From a candidate division WOR-3 bacterium (GTDB taxonomy: Bacteria > Hydrothermota > Hydrothermia > LBFQ01), in NCBI GenBank assembly GCA_039802605.1, contig JBDRWW010000016.1, positions 1 through 19,616 of the forward strand: a stretch of DNA of 19,616 nt, given 5' to 3'. The translations under genes and the position numbers were made by a program. Position 1 is the stretch's first letter. Every line of letters starts with the position of its first letter. Under the pieces are notes generated by a model, which was given only the letters and a program-made list of their open reading frames with translations, was not told where the DNA came from and did no database searches. Positions 1 to 8,295 of the stretch are shown piece by piece.

Positions 1-2
1 AT

Positions 3-911
3 GTTATACTAACGGCAGATGGAAAAGGGGTAATAGAGTTTCAGTATATAGTAAAGCCTGGTGGCAATGTTAAGGACATAAGGGTTAAAGTTGAAGGGGG
101 GTTGAAGGTTAAGGAAGATGGGATATATGTGGTTGAGGGTGAAAAAGAACTTGTGAAGTTAAGCGGGATAAAGGCATATCAGGGTGCGGATGAGGTTGAG
201 GTGAGGGCGAAGGTTGAGGGTAAATACCTATCCTTTGAAGTTGGAAGGTATGACAAAAAAGAAACCCTTGTTATAGACCCAGTTTTAACGGCTATACTGA
301 CTTCAAGTAGTAGTGATACTGCCCGTTCCTTAGCGATAGATTTAAGTGGAAATGTTTTTGTTGCTGGGGCAACTGGTAATTCCTCAAACTTTGCACCTAG
401 TAGAGTGATCTTAGGTACTACCGGTTCTCCTGATGCCTTTGTAAGCAGGTTGAGTAATGATTTAAGCACACATATCGCTACCGCTATACTGACTTCAAAT
501 AGTCCTGATGCTGCCTATTCCTTAGTGATAGATAACAGTGGCAATGTTCTTGTTGCTGGATGGACTTATAATTCCTCAGACTTTGCACCTAGTAGAAATG
601 TCTTCGGTACTACCGGTGGTTATACTGATGCCTTTGTAAGTAGGTTAGGTTCATCATTGTCAATAACAGAAGATATAGCACATACACAAAAAATTATAAC
701 CATAGGCAAAAACGAAATACTCATAACCCTACAAAAGTCCTCCTATGTTGGCATAAATGTATATACCACAAGCGGTAGGCTTGTGAAGAGGTTTAGTTTT
801 GGGTATTTACCCGCTGGAAAGCATAGGTTTAAGTTGGATGTTAAAAGAGGCGCATATATCCTAAAAGTTAGGATAGGCGATAAGGTTGAGGAGTTTAAGG
901 GGGTGTTTTAG
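3..911 (+). CDS. SBBP beta-propeller-repeat surface/secreted protein with C-terminal T9SS type A / FlgD-Ig-like domain (5'-truncated by the window)
   Basis: The frame of ORF 102..911 stays open back to nt 3 (VILTADGKGVIEFQYIVKPGGNVKDIRV...). 'EFQYIVKPG' and 'YDKKETLVIDP' resemble the N-terminal domain of SBBP-repeat proteins. Two 'LAID.SGNV.VAG.T.....F' repeats follow. The C-terminus reads 'INVYTTSGRLVK...GAYILKV'. Confidence 0.75.
   Translation, partial: VILTADGKGVIEFQYIVKPGGNVKDIRVKVEGGLKVKEDGIYVVEGEKELVKLSGIKAYQGADEVEVRAKVEGKYLSFEVGRYDKKETLVIDPVLTAILTSSSSDTARSLAIDLSGNVFVAGATGNSSNFAPSRVILGTTGSPDAFVSRLSNDLSTHIATAILTSNSPDAAYSLVIDNSGNVLVAGWTYNSSDFAPSRNVFGTTGGYTDAFVSRLGSSLSITEDIAHTQKIITIGKNEILITLQKSSYVGINVYTTSGRLVKRFSFGYLPAGKHRFKLDVKRGAYILKVRIGDKVEEFKGVF
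291..650 (+). repeat. Intragenic tandem direct repeat, 192-bp (64-codon) period, about 1.9 copies
   Basis: GCTATACTGACTTCA occurs at 291 and 483. Segments 291-455 and 483-650 align at about 82% nucleotide identity by hand count, with one 3-nt indel. Confidence 0.95.
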
Positions 912-912
912 G

Positions 913-2481
913 TTATTTCCACCCCTCGTATAATCTCAAAACCTCCAACGCCACTTCCCTAAAAACCGGAGCCGCTGCCATTCCACCCGTTCTAAATATT
1001 TCGGGTTCGTCAATTAGGACATATATGATGTACTTTGCACTGTAAGCTGGAAAAAAGCCTATAAACGAAGCCAATGTTTTTGTTGCGCTGTATTTACCGG
1101 TTAAAGGGTCTATCTTTTGGGCCGTTCCGGTTTTACCCGCAATTGGAACGCCGTTAATCTTTGCCATTCTACCCGTTCCGCTATCAACAACCGCAACCAA
1201 AAGCCTTTTTAATGTATGAAATGTTTCCGTTTTCGCCACAACCCTTGCGGGGTTTGTTCTCGGGGTATCCGTTTTTAAAAGGGTGGGGTATATATACTTT
1301 CCATCGTTTGCTATAACCATATAAGCCCTCAGCATTTGTATGGGATTTACCTGTATCCCTTGACCTATGGCAACATTTGCAAGCTTAATCCTCTTCCAAG
1401 TCGAAGGCTTTTCAAGTTTGGGTATATCCTCGTATAAACCTATATCCGCCGCCTCTCCAAAACCGTAAAGTAAAGCCCTCCTATACAAACCCCCTTTTGC
1501 TATACTATCCATTTTTAAGGCGAGTTTTGAAGCGCAGGCGTTAGAAGACTTAACAACCGCCCAAAACCAACTATCATTTTCACCGAGGGGTATAACATCG
1601 TTTATGGTTATCCCATCAATTACAATGTATCCCCTGTTTTCCCCACATTTATCGTATATGTTTAACCCCCTTTCCAAGGCCTCGGTGTATATCACTACCT
1701 TAAATGTTGAACCCGGTTCGTATAAAAACATTTTATCTGAGTATATGCTGCCTACGGATGTTAAAGCCAATATTTCCCCCGTCTTCGTATTGGCAACTAT
1801 AACCATTCCCCCCTTGGCGTTTAAACTATCAACCCATTCTTGCAATACCTTGTACGCCTTTCTCTGCAAGATCATATCTATGGATAGAACTATGTCCCTT
1901 CCGTCCGGATTTTTATCACCGAATTTGAATACATCTTGGGGAGCCGGATATATCCTACCGTTGGCATGCTTTATAAACACCAAGTTTTTAATACCGGGTG
2001 CTAATATTGTGTCAAAACCGTATTCAATACCCGATATGCCATATATACCGTTGGTCGCCCCTATGAGCCTTTTACAAGGGGTTCCGCAAGGTATATACCT
2101 CCTGTTGTATTGAATGGACTTAAAAACCCCCTTAACTCCAATTTTATCCCATAGAAACGGTGATAATCCTAAAACCCTCTGGTGGAGTTCATACCTGTTA
2201 AGATTTATCCCAAATTTTGCCAATTTTAGCGAGTCTTCAAGGGATAATGTATCAACGACTTCCAGGGCCAAACCCTCACCGGTATATGCCAGGGGCCTCC
2301 CAAACCTATCGTATATACTTCCCCTTTTTCCGGGTACATTTATCCTTAAAAAGTGTTGTTTTTCGGCTAGGGTTTTGTAGGGTTCGGGTTTTGTTATAAC
2401 AAGAAACAAATGGCCCAAAAGTGCCGTAATGCATATTGTTATCGCAAAAATCCTTATAACAATGAAAGGTCTTTTAGGCAT
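913..2481 (-). CDS. ftsI: Class B penicillin-binding protein (FtsI/PBP3-like peptidoglycan transpeptidase)
   Basis: N-terminal TM anchor; 'RGSIYDR' and 'GISGIE' class-B motifs; catalytic SxxK (EPGSTFK), SxN (KSSNA) and KTG (GKTGTAQK); 'ASFIGFFP' and 'GG.AAAPVF'. The family is secure; the ftsI assignment is less so. Confidence 0.85.
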   Translation of the reverse strand: MPKRPFIVIRIFAITICITALLGHLFLVITKPEPYKTLAEKQHFLRINVPGKRGSIYDRFGRPLAYTGEGLALEVVDTLSLEDSLKLAKFGINLNRYELHQRVLGLSPFLWDKIGVKGVFKSIQYNRRYIPCGTPCKRLIGATNGIYGISGIEYGFDTILAPGIKNLVFIKHANGRIYPAPQDVFKFGDKNPDGRDIVLSIDMILQRKAYKVLQEWVDSLNAKGGMVIVANTKTGEILALTSVGSIYSDKMFLYEPGSTFKVVIYTEALERGLNIYDKCGENRGYIVIDGITINDVIPLGENDSWFWAVVKSSNACASKLALKMDSIAKGGLYRRALLYGFGEAADIGLYEDIPKLEKPSTWKRIKLANVAIGQGIQVNPIQMLRAYMVIANDGKYIYPTLLKTDTPRTNPARVVAKTETFHTLKRLLVAVVDSGTGRMAKINGVPIAGKTGTAQKIDPLTGKYSATKTLASFIGFFPAYSAKYIIYVLIDEPEIFRTGGMAAAPVFREVALEVLRLYEGWK

Positions 2482-3827
2482 TCTTCCGTTATAACCGTTA
2501 TATAAGCCTTTTTGCCCGTTTTTATCTCACCGTAATCGTTATCGTTTAACATCTTTGCGCCGGCCGTCGTGTACCTGTACAAAGCCTCTTCAAGGGATAA
2601 CCTCTCTTCCTTTAAGGGATGGTATAAAGCGCCCAAAAGCCCATATATTGGGCCGGGCGGCATCGTATCCGAACCGAAGGCGTAATTTGCCCCGAGGTTT
2701 TCAAGGTATTTGAACCTATTGCCCCAAAAGAATACATCACCCAAGGATTTGTGATATAATCCGTTTAAGTGCCCCCACCTTTTAACGAAGTTTGGCTGTA
2801 ATGATAGTTTTACCCCCATATTCGCCGCAATTTTATAATGCTCATCCCTCGGAAACTCAAAGTGTTCTATCCTGTGGTTTTCCGGATTTTTGGATTTTTG
2901 TAAAACCCTTAAAGCCTGATCTATGGCCAAATCCCCTATGGCATGCCACCAAACCCCAAGGCTTAGGTTTTCTGCGGTTTTTAACATATATTCCAACTCC
3001 TCATCAGATTTTAAGAGTTTCCCATTGCTCCCATCCGTATAACCCTTTGAGAAGGCGGCGGTTTTGGCACCGACCGAACCGTCCAGAAATTCCTTTAATC
3101 CCACTATACGGAAGTTGTCGCTTTCGTAGTATAAAAGATCCTTAATCTCTTCCAGTTGTCTGAAATAGGCGGCCACCCTCCATTTAACCTTCAATTCCCC
3201 CCTTTTGTCCATTTCCACGAGTTTCTTTATGTATCTCGCAGATGTGTTTTCCCCAACGGATATTATACCCAAACCCCTCAAAAGCTCCTCCGCTTTTAAT
3301 ATGGCGTTTTCAACCTCTTCATCCGTGGGCGGGAAATACTTTGATAAAGATAACGGTAAATCTTCAACGGCTAAACCCGTTTCCTCGTTTAAGTTTGGAA
3401 TATTACCAAACCTTTCCTTTAAAAGCCTTATGGCCGATGAGTTTAGAACCGCCTTATGCCCGCAAACCCTCCTCAAAATCAAAGGCCTATCCGTTATCCT
3501 ATCAAGGTCCTCCCTCGTTATAGTCCTTTCCCACTTGCTATCGTCAAAACCTTCCATAATAACGACATCTTTTTTTACATTGGGGACATTTTCCTTTATA
3601 AACTCCAAGGCGTCGTAGATGTTGTCTATACCGTCAAGCCTGGGCCTCGTCAAACTCAAAGAGTATGCAATATAATGTGCGTGCGTATCCACAAATGAGG
3701 GTATTGCTATGCCCAAAACCGTGGGTTTAAAATCAACAACCTCAACCCACTTTATGTATATCCCCTCAAACTCTATATAAACATTCTTTAATATCCTTTT
3801 GCCCACAAGGGCCCTTTCAAAAACCAT
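2454..3827 (-). CDS. Metal-dependent amidohydrolase (YtcJ-like, Amidohydro_3)
   Basis: Motifs 'FVDTHAH', 'R.DLD....RP.IL.RVCGH.AVLNS', 'K.FLDGS.GAKTA', 'HAIGD', 'HRIEH' and 'FGSD'. Confidence 0.9.
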   Translation of the reverse strand: MVFERALVGKRILKNVYIEFEGIYIKWVEVVDFKPTVLGIAIPSFVDTHAHYIAYSLSLTRPRLDGIDNIYDALEFIKENVPNVKKDVVIMEGFDDSKWERTITREDLDRITDRPLILRRVCGHKAVLNSSAIRLLKERFGNIPNLNEETGLAVEDLPLSLSKYFPPTDEEVENAILKAEELLRGLGIISVGENTSARYIKKLVEMDKRGELKVKWRVAAYFRQLEEIKDLLYYESDNFRIVGLKEFLDGSVGAKTAAFSKGYTDGSNGKLLKSDEELEYMLKTAENLSLGVWWHAIGDLAIDQALRVLQKSKNPENHRIEHFEFPRDEHYKIAANMGVKLSLQPNFVKRWGHLNGLYHKSLGDVFFWGNRFKYLENLGANYAFGSDTMPPGPIYGLLGALYHPLKEERLSLEEALYRYTTAGAKMLNDNDYGEIKTGKKAYITVITEECLKDLSLL

Positions 3828-5758
3828 TATTTACCCTTTTGCCTTATCTCATCCAAAACCTCCGGATTTACCAACGCGGATGTGTCTCCCAAAGGTTCGC
3901 CGAGGTATGCGGCCCTTATGAGTCTCCTCATAACCTTTGCGTTTCTCGTTTTCGGCAACCCGCTAACAAATATGATATCCTTTGGCGCCAAGGCCTTACC
4001 CATCTTATTAACTATATTTTCCATTATCTCCTTCTTAACCCTTTCCGTATCGGAAACCCCTTCCTTTAATACCGCAAATATAACCGCAACCTGTCCCTTA
4101 ATATCATCGGGCACACCTATCGCCGCACTTTCAACAACGGCCGGATGCTCGTTTGCCAACGCTTCGAGTTCCGAAGGCCCAACCCTCTTACCCGCTATCT
4201 TCAATGTATCATCCGCCCTTCCAAGGATATACCAAAAACCATCCCCATCAACATAAACCAAATCCCCATGAAACCATATATCCTTCCACTTGCTCCAATA
4301 TGTGTTTAAATACCTCTCCTCATCCCTCCAAAACCCCCTAGTCATCCCGGGATTTACATTTTTAACACCCAATAGGGCAACCTCCCCAATTACTTCCTTT
4401 CCATCCTCGTCAAGGGCTACCGCATGAACACCCGGGGCGGGCGTATTAAACGATGTGGGTTTTATAGGCTTTACAACAACGCATCCCAGTATTCCCCCGG
4501 ATATTTCCGTACCCCCCGAATAGTTTATTATGGGCTTTTTCCCTTTCAAAACCTTTTCGTATGTCCACCACCAAGACTTGGGATCCCAAGGCTCACCCGT
4601 TGAACCAACCATCCTTAGGTTTTCCATATTATACTTATCAACCCACTCATCCCCCTCCTTCATCAAGGACCTTATAAGGGTTGGAGTTATTCCGAGAATG
4701 GTTATGTTATGCCTTTCCACCATTTTCCATAGCCTGTCAGGTGTCGGATAAGACGGTATCCCCTCAAACATAAAAACGGTTGCCCCGTTTATCAGACCCC
4801 CACCTATTAACCAAGGACCCATCATCCAACCTATGTCGGTGATCCATGTTATGGTGTCGTTTGGCTTTATATCAAACAGATGAAACATGTCCTGCGCGGC
4901 CTTTATCATAAAGCCTCCATGGACATGAACCGCTCCCTTTGGCTTACCGGTTGTTCCGGATGTGTAAATTATCATAAACCTGTGGTCGGAATCAAAGGCG
5001 GGGGCTTTGAACCGGGGAGATGCCCTTTCTAACAATTCGGAATAATCCTTCTCAAACCCCATAAGCTCGCTCTTATCCCTCCTTAAAACCAAAACATGTT
5101 CCAATGTTGGGATTTCTTTGTATGTTTCCCTTAGTGTTTGCAGCATTGGAAACTTTGAGCCTTTGCGCAATGATATATCCGTTGTTATAACGACCTTTGC
5201 GTCCGCATCCTTCAAACGGACTATTATGGGCTGGGGTCCGAAGCCCGAAAACAGGGGTATAACCGTGGCTCCTATGCGCGAAATGGCCAAAAGGGATATG
5301 GCAACCTCGGGAATAAAGGGTAGATATATGCCAACGGAATCCCCCTCCTTAACACCCAAATCCCTTAAAACATTACAGAGTTTATTAACCTCCGTTAAAA
5401 GTTCCCCGTATGTGTATTTCCTAACCTCTCCGTCTTCACCCTCCCATACCAATGCCACCTTATCATTTGGGTTTTTATCGAGGGCGTTATAAGTCCAGTT
5501 GAGTTTTCCACCTACAAACCATTTGGGCCAAGGCTTCCCCCCGCTTAAATCCAAAACCTTTGAATACCTTTCAAACCAAAGGAAACCCAAGTCCTTAAAT
5601 GTTGCACTCCAAAACCACTCGTAATCGTAAAAGGACCTTTCAAGGAATTCCTCGTAATCCTTAAAACCGTATTCCTCCATCTGTTTATAAACATTGGAGT
5701 TTTCTATCCACCCATCATCCGGCACCCAAGCAACTTCATAGTTTATTACCTCATTCAT
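3827..5758 (-). CDS. acs: AMP-forming acetyl-CoA synthetase / short-chain acyl-CoA ligase
   Basis: AMP-binding loop 'YTSGTTGKPKG', 'WFVGGKLN', 'DIGWMMG', 'GRADD' and the C-terminal catalytic-Lys motif 'LPKTRNAKVMRR'. Confidence 0.88.
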   Translation of the reverse strand: MNEVINYEVAWVPDDGWIENSNVYKQMEEYGFKDYEEFLERSFYDYEWFWSATFKDLGFLWFERYSKVLDLSGGKPWPKWFVGGKLNWTYNALDKNPNDKVALVWEGEDGEVRKYTYGELLTEVNKLCNVLRDLGVKEGDSVGIYLPFIPEVAISLLAISRIGATVIPLFSGFGPQPIIVRLKDADAKVVITTDISLRKGSKFPMLQTLRETYKEIPTLEHVLVLRRDKSELMGFEKDYSELLERASPRFKAPAFDSDHRFMIIYTSGTTGKPKGAVHVHGGFMIKAAQDMFHLFDIKPNDTITWITDIGWMMGPWLIGGGLINGATVFMFEGIPSYPTPDRLWKMVERHNITILGITPTLIRSLMKEGDEWVDKYNMENLRMVGSTGEPWDPKSWWWTYEKVLKGKKPIINYSGGTEISGGILGCVVVKPIKPTSFNTPAPGVHAVALDEDGKEVIGEVALLGVKNVNPGMTRGFWRDEERYLNTYWSKWKDIWFHGDLVYVDGDGFWYILGRADDTLKIAGKRVGPSELEALANEHPAVVESAAIGVPDDIKGQVAVIFAVLKEGVSDTERVKKEIMENIVNKMGKALAPKDIIFVSGLPKTRNAKVMRRLIRAAYLGEPLGDTSALVNPEVLDEIRQKGK

Positions 5759-5767
5759 AGGTTGAGA

Positions 5768-5773
5768 ATTTTA
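5768..5773 (-). promoter_or_regulatory. Putative sigma70 -10 box (TAAAAT) for a leaderless or near-leaderless acs transcript
   Basis: Minus strand reads TAAAAT-TCTCAACCT-ATG(5758); no Shine-Dalgarno sequence. Confidence 0.5.
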
Positions 5774-5810
5774 AAAGGGTGAAATTTGTTTTTGTTGCAA
5801 ATAGCAACTT

Positions 5811-5816
5811 TATAAT
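5811..5816 (+). promoter_or_regulatory. Putative sigma70 -10 box (TATAAT) for a leaderless transcript of the endonuclease III-like / lepA unit
   Basis: TATAAT-ACCTTCTT-GTG(5825); no SD. Confidence 0.7.
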
Positions 5817-5824
5817 ACCTTCTT

Positions 5825-6511
5825 GTGAAAGTTGAAGTAAAGGATTTGGTTAATATTTTGTTAAAAAGTTTTGCGGTTAATGAGGAGGAATTAAAACCCC
5901 AAGACCCGATAGAACTAACCATAAAGGTTATCCTCTCCGATCAGGCACCCAATCAAAAATCGGTTGAAAGTGCCATGAAGAATTTGAAAACACAATTTTC
6001 CGGTTGGAAAGAGGTTTTTGAATCTCCGGATTGGAAGGTGGCTATGGCCATAAGGGATGTGGGTTATTCCAATAGGAAAACGATTTATATAAAGAATTTT
6101 TTGAAGTTCGTCGCCAAACACAATTGGGACCTATCCTGGATAAAGAATCTGTCGATTGACGAGGCCGCAAATGTCCTATCCCAAATTCAAAAAATACCCA
6201 GTAGGGAAATCAGGTATATCTTAGCCTTTGGTTTTGATATGCCGGCATTTCCAACGGATCCACATATAAAAAGGGTTGTTAGGAGAATAGGAATTCTCGG
6301 GAATAACGCCGCGGAGGAGCAGATAAGTAAATATTTTGAAAGCTTGAAAGATATTCCGCACAAAAGGTTATACCTAGCCCTTAGGGAGCATGCCAACCTT
6401 ATATGTATGGCGCGCAAGCCCAAGTGTTTGGTATGCCCCGTTGCAAATTATTGTTATTCCGTAAGCCCATCCGTTGAATATATACAGAGTAGGGTTAATA
6501 GTAAAAAGTGA
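5825..6511 (+). CDS. Endonuclease III-like HhH-GPD DNA glycosylase family protein with [4Fe-4S] motif (degenerate HhH)
   Basis: 'DPIELTIKVILS', 'AFPTDPHIKRVVRRIG' and the C-x6-C-x2-C-x5-C motif CMARKPKCLVCPVANYC. Confidence 0.85.
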   Translation: MKVEVKDLVNILLKSFAVNEEELKPQDPIELTIKVILSDQAPNQKSVESAMKNLKTQFSGWKEVFESPDWKVAMAIRDVGYSNRKTIYIKNFLKFVAKHNWDLSWIKNLSIDEAANVLSQIQKIPSREIRYILAFGFDMPAFPTDPHIKRVVRRIGILGNNAAEEQISKYFESLKDIPHKRLYLALREHANLICMARKPKCLVCPVANYCYSVSPSVEYIQSRVNSKK

Positions 6512-8295
6512 AAAACATCCGCAATTTCACAATAATAGCCCATATAGATCACGGTAAATCAACCCTTGCGGATAGACTAATAGAGCTTTCTGGCCTTGTA
6601 AGGCCCGAGGAGCGGGTAGAACAACTCCTTGATAGTATGGATCTTGAAAGGGAAAAGGGTATAACCATAAAGATGCATCCTATAAGGCTTGAAATGGAAA
6701 TATCCGGTGAAAGGTATATATTTCACCTAATAGATACCCCCGGACATGTGGATTTTACTTATGAGGTTTCAAGGAGTTTGGCGGCGGTTGAAGGGGCGAT
6801 ATTGCTTGTTGATGCATCCCAAGGTGTTGAAGCACAAACGGTATCAAACCTATACTTGGCCTTGGAACAGGATTTGGAAATAATACCGGTTATAAACAAA
6901 ATTGACCTTCCGAACGCGGATATAGAGGGTACGATTGAGGAGTTGAGGGATTTAATAGGGGATATAGACCCGGTTTTAATATCCGCAAAGACCGGCCAAG
7001 GGGTTGATAAACTCCTGCAAAGGATCGTAAAGGACATTCAACCGCCAAGACACCTAAGCGATGAACCCCTTTGTCTGGTTTTTGATGCGGTTTGGAACGA
7101 TCACAGGGGGGCAATACCCTTTGTAAGGGTTTTCGGGGGGGAAATAAAGAGGGGTGATAAAATTGAGTTTGTATCATCCGGAGAGGTTTTTGAGGTCTTG
7201 GAGGTGGGTTATATACTTCCACCCAAGAAGTTTGTCCCCACAGACAGACTCGTTTCCGGAGAGGTGGGTTATATAGTTGCGAACATTAGGGATATAAGGA
7301 GTGCGAGGGTAGGGGATACCATAAGGCTTGCCGGCAGTAGCGTTAAACCCCTTCCGGGTTATAGGGAACCAAAGCCTGTGGTTTGGGCCGGAATATATCC
7401 AGTTGAGAATGGGGAATACCCATTGCTTTCAAAGGCAATAGAGAGATTGAAATTAAACGACGCGGCCATAAGCATAAGCCCGGCGTATTCCCCAGCCCTC
7501 GGCCCGGGGTTTAAATGCGGTTTCTTGGGGCTGTTGCATTTGGAAATAGTAAAGGAGAGGCTGAGGAGGGAGTTCGGGGTTGAGGTTATCATTACAACGC
7601 CAACCGTTGAATACAAGGTTAAGCACAAAGATGGGAGGGAAGAAATAATAACCAATCCCTTAGACTTTCCCGATTATTACGAAAAGGCTTATGAACCTTA
7701 TGTAAAATTGCAGATTTTGACACCTCCGGATTATATAGGACCTATAATGCAGTTGGCGATTTCAAGGAGGGGTAAGCAGGTAGGTTTTCAGTATTTGGGT
7801 ACAAAAGTCGTAATAATGGAGTTTGAAATCCCCCTTGCGGAAATCCTTTACGACTTCTTTGACAATTTAAAGTCCGTTAGTAGGGGTTATGCATCAATGG
7901 ACTACGAATTTATAGGTTGGAGGGAATCCGATCTCGTAAGGCTTGATATACTTTTAAACGGGGAAAAGGTGGATGCCTTTGGTATAGTGGTTCCCCGCGA
8001 TAGGGCTTATTATGTTGGCAGGAAACTCGTCGAAAAGCTCAAGAAACTCATTCCAAGGCAACTGTTTGAGGTGAACGTACAGGCCGCAATTTCAAAGAGG
8101 GTTATAGCAAAGGAGAGGATACCACCTTTAAGGAAGGATGTAACCGCCAAGTGTTATGGTGGAGATGTAACGAGGAAGAGGAAATTATTGGAAAAGCAAA
8201 AGGAAGGTAAGAAGAAACTAAAACAAATAGGCAGGGTGGAAGTTCCACAAGAGGCATTCTTGGCCCTGTTCACAACGGAGAAGGAGAATGATTGA
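6508..8295 (+). CDS. lepA: Elongation factor 4 (LepA)
   Basis: 'IRNFTIIAHIDHGKSTLADR', 'DTPGHVDF', 'NKID', 'GFLGLLH' and the LepA C-terminal 'KDVTAKCYGGDVTRKRKLLEKQKEGKK'. Confidence 0.99.
   Translation: MKNIRNFTIIAHIDHGKSTLADRLIELSGLVRPEERVEQLLDSMDLEREKGITIKMHPIRLEMEISGERYIFHLIDTPGHVDFTYEVSRSLAAVEGAILLVDASQGVEAQTVSNLYLALEQDLEIIPVINKIDLPNADIEGTIEELRDLIGDIDPVLISAKTGQGVDKLLQRIVKDIQPPRHLSDEPLCLVFDAVWNDHRGAIPFVRVFGGEIKRGDKIEFVSSGEVFEVLEVGYILPPKKFVPTDRLVSGEVGYIVANIRDIRSARVGDTIRLAGSSVKPLPGYREPKPVVWAGIYPVENGEYPLLSKAIERLKLNDAAISISPAYSPALGPGFKCGFLGLLHLEIVKERLRREFGVEVIITTPTVEYKVKHKDGREEIITNPLDFPDYYEKAYEPYVKLQILTPPDYIGPIMQLAISRRGKQVGFQYLGTKVVIMEFEIPLAEILYDFFDNLKSVSRGYASMDYEFIGWRESDLVRLDILLNGEKVDAFGIVVPRDRAYYVGRKLVEKLKKLIPRQLFEVNVQAAISKRVIAKERIPPLRKDVTAKCYGGDVTRKRKLLEKQKEGKKKLKQIGRVEVPQEAFLALFTTEKEND

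Noticed and set aside
1..12. ATG at position 1 as a gene start
   Set aside because: It reads ATG TTA TAC TAA; the coding frame is the one open from nt 3.
291..650. Repeat pair as a DGR template/variable region or a CRISPR array
   Set aside because: Both copies are in-frame coding, mismatches are not confined to adenines of one copy, no RT or cas gene is present, and there is no repeat-spacer structure.
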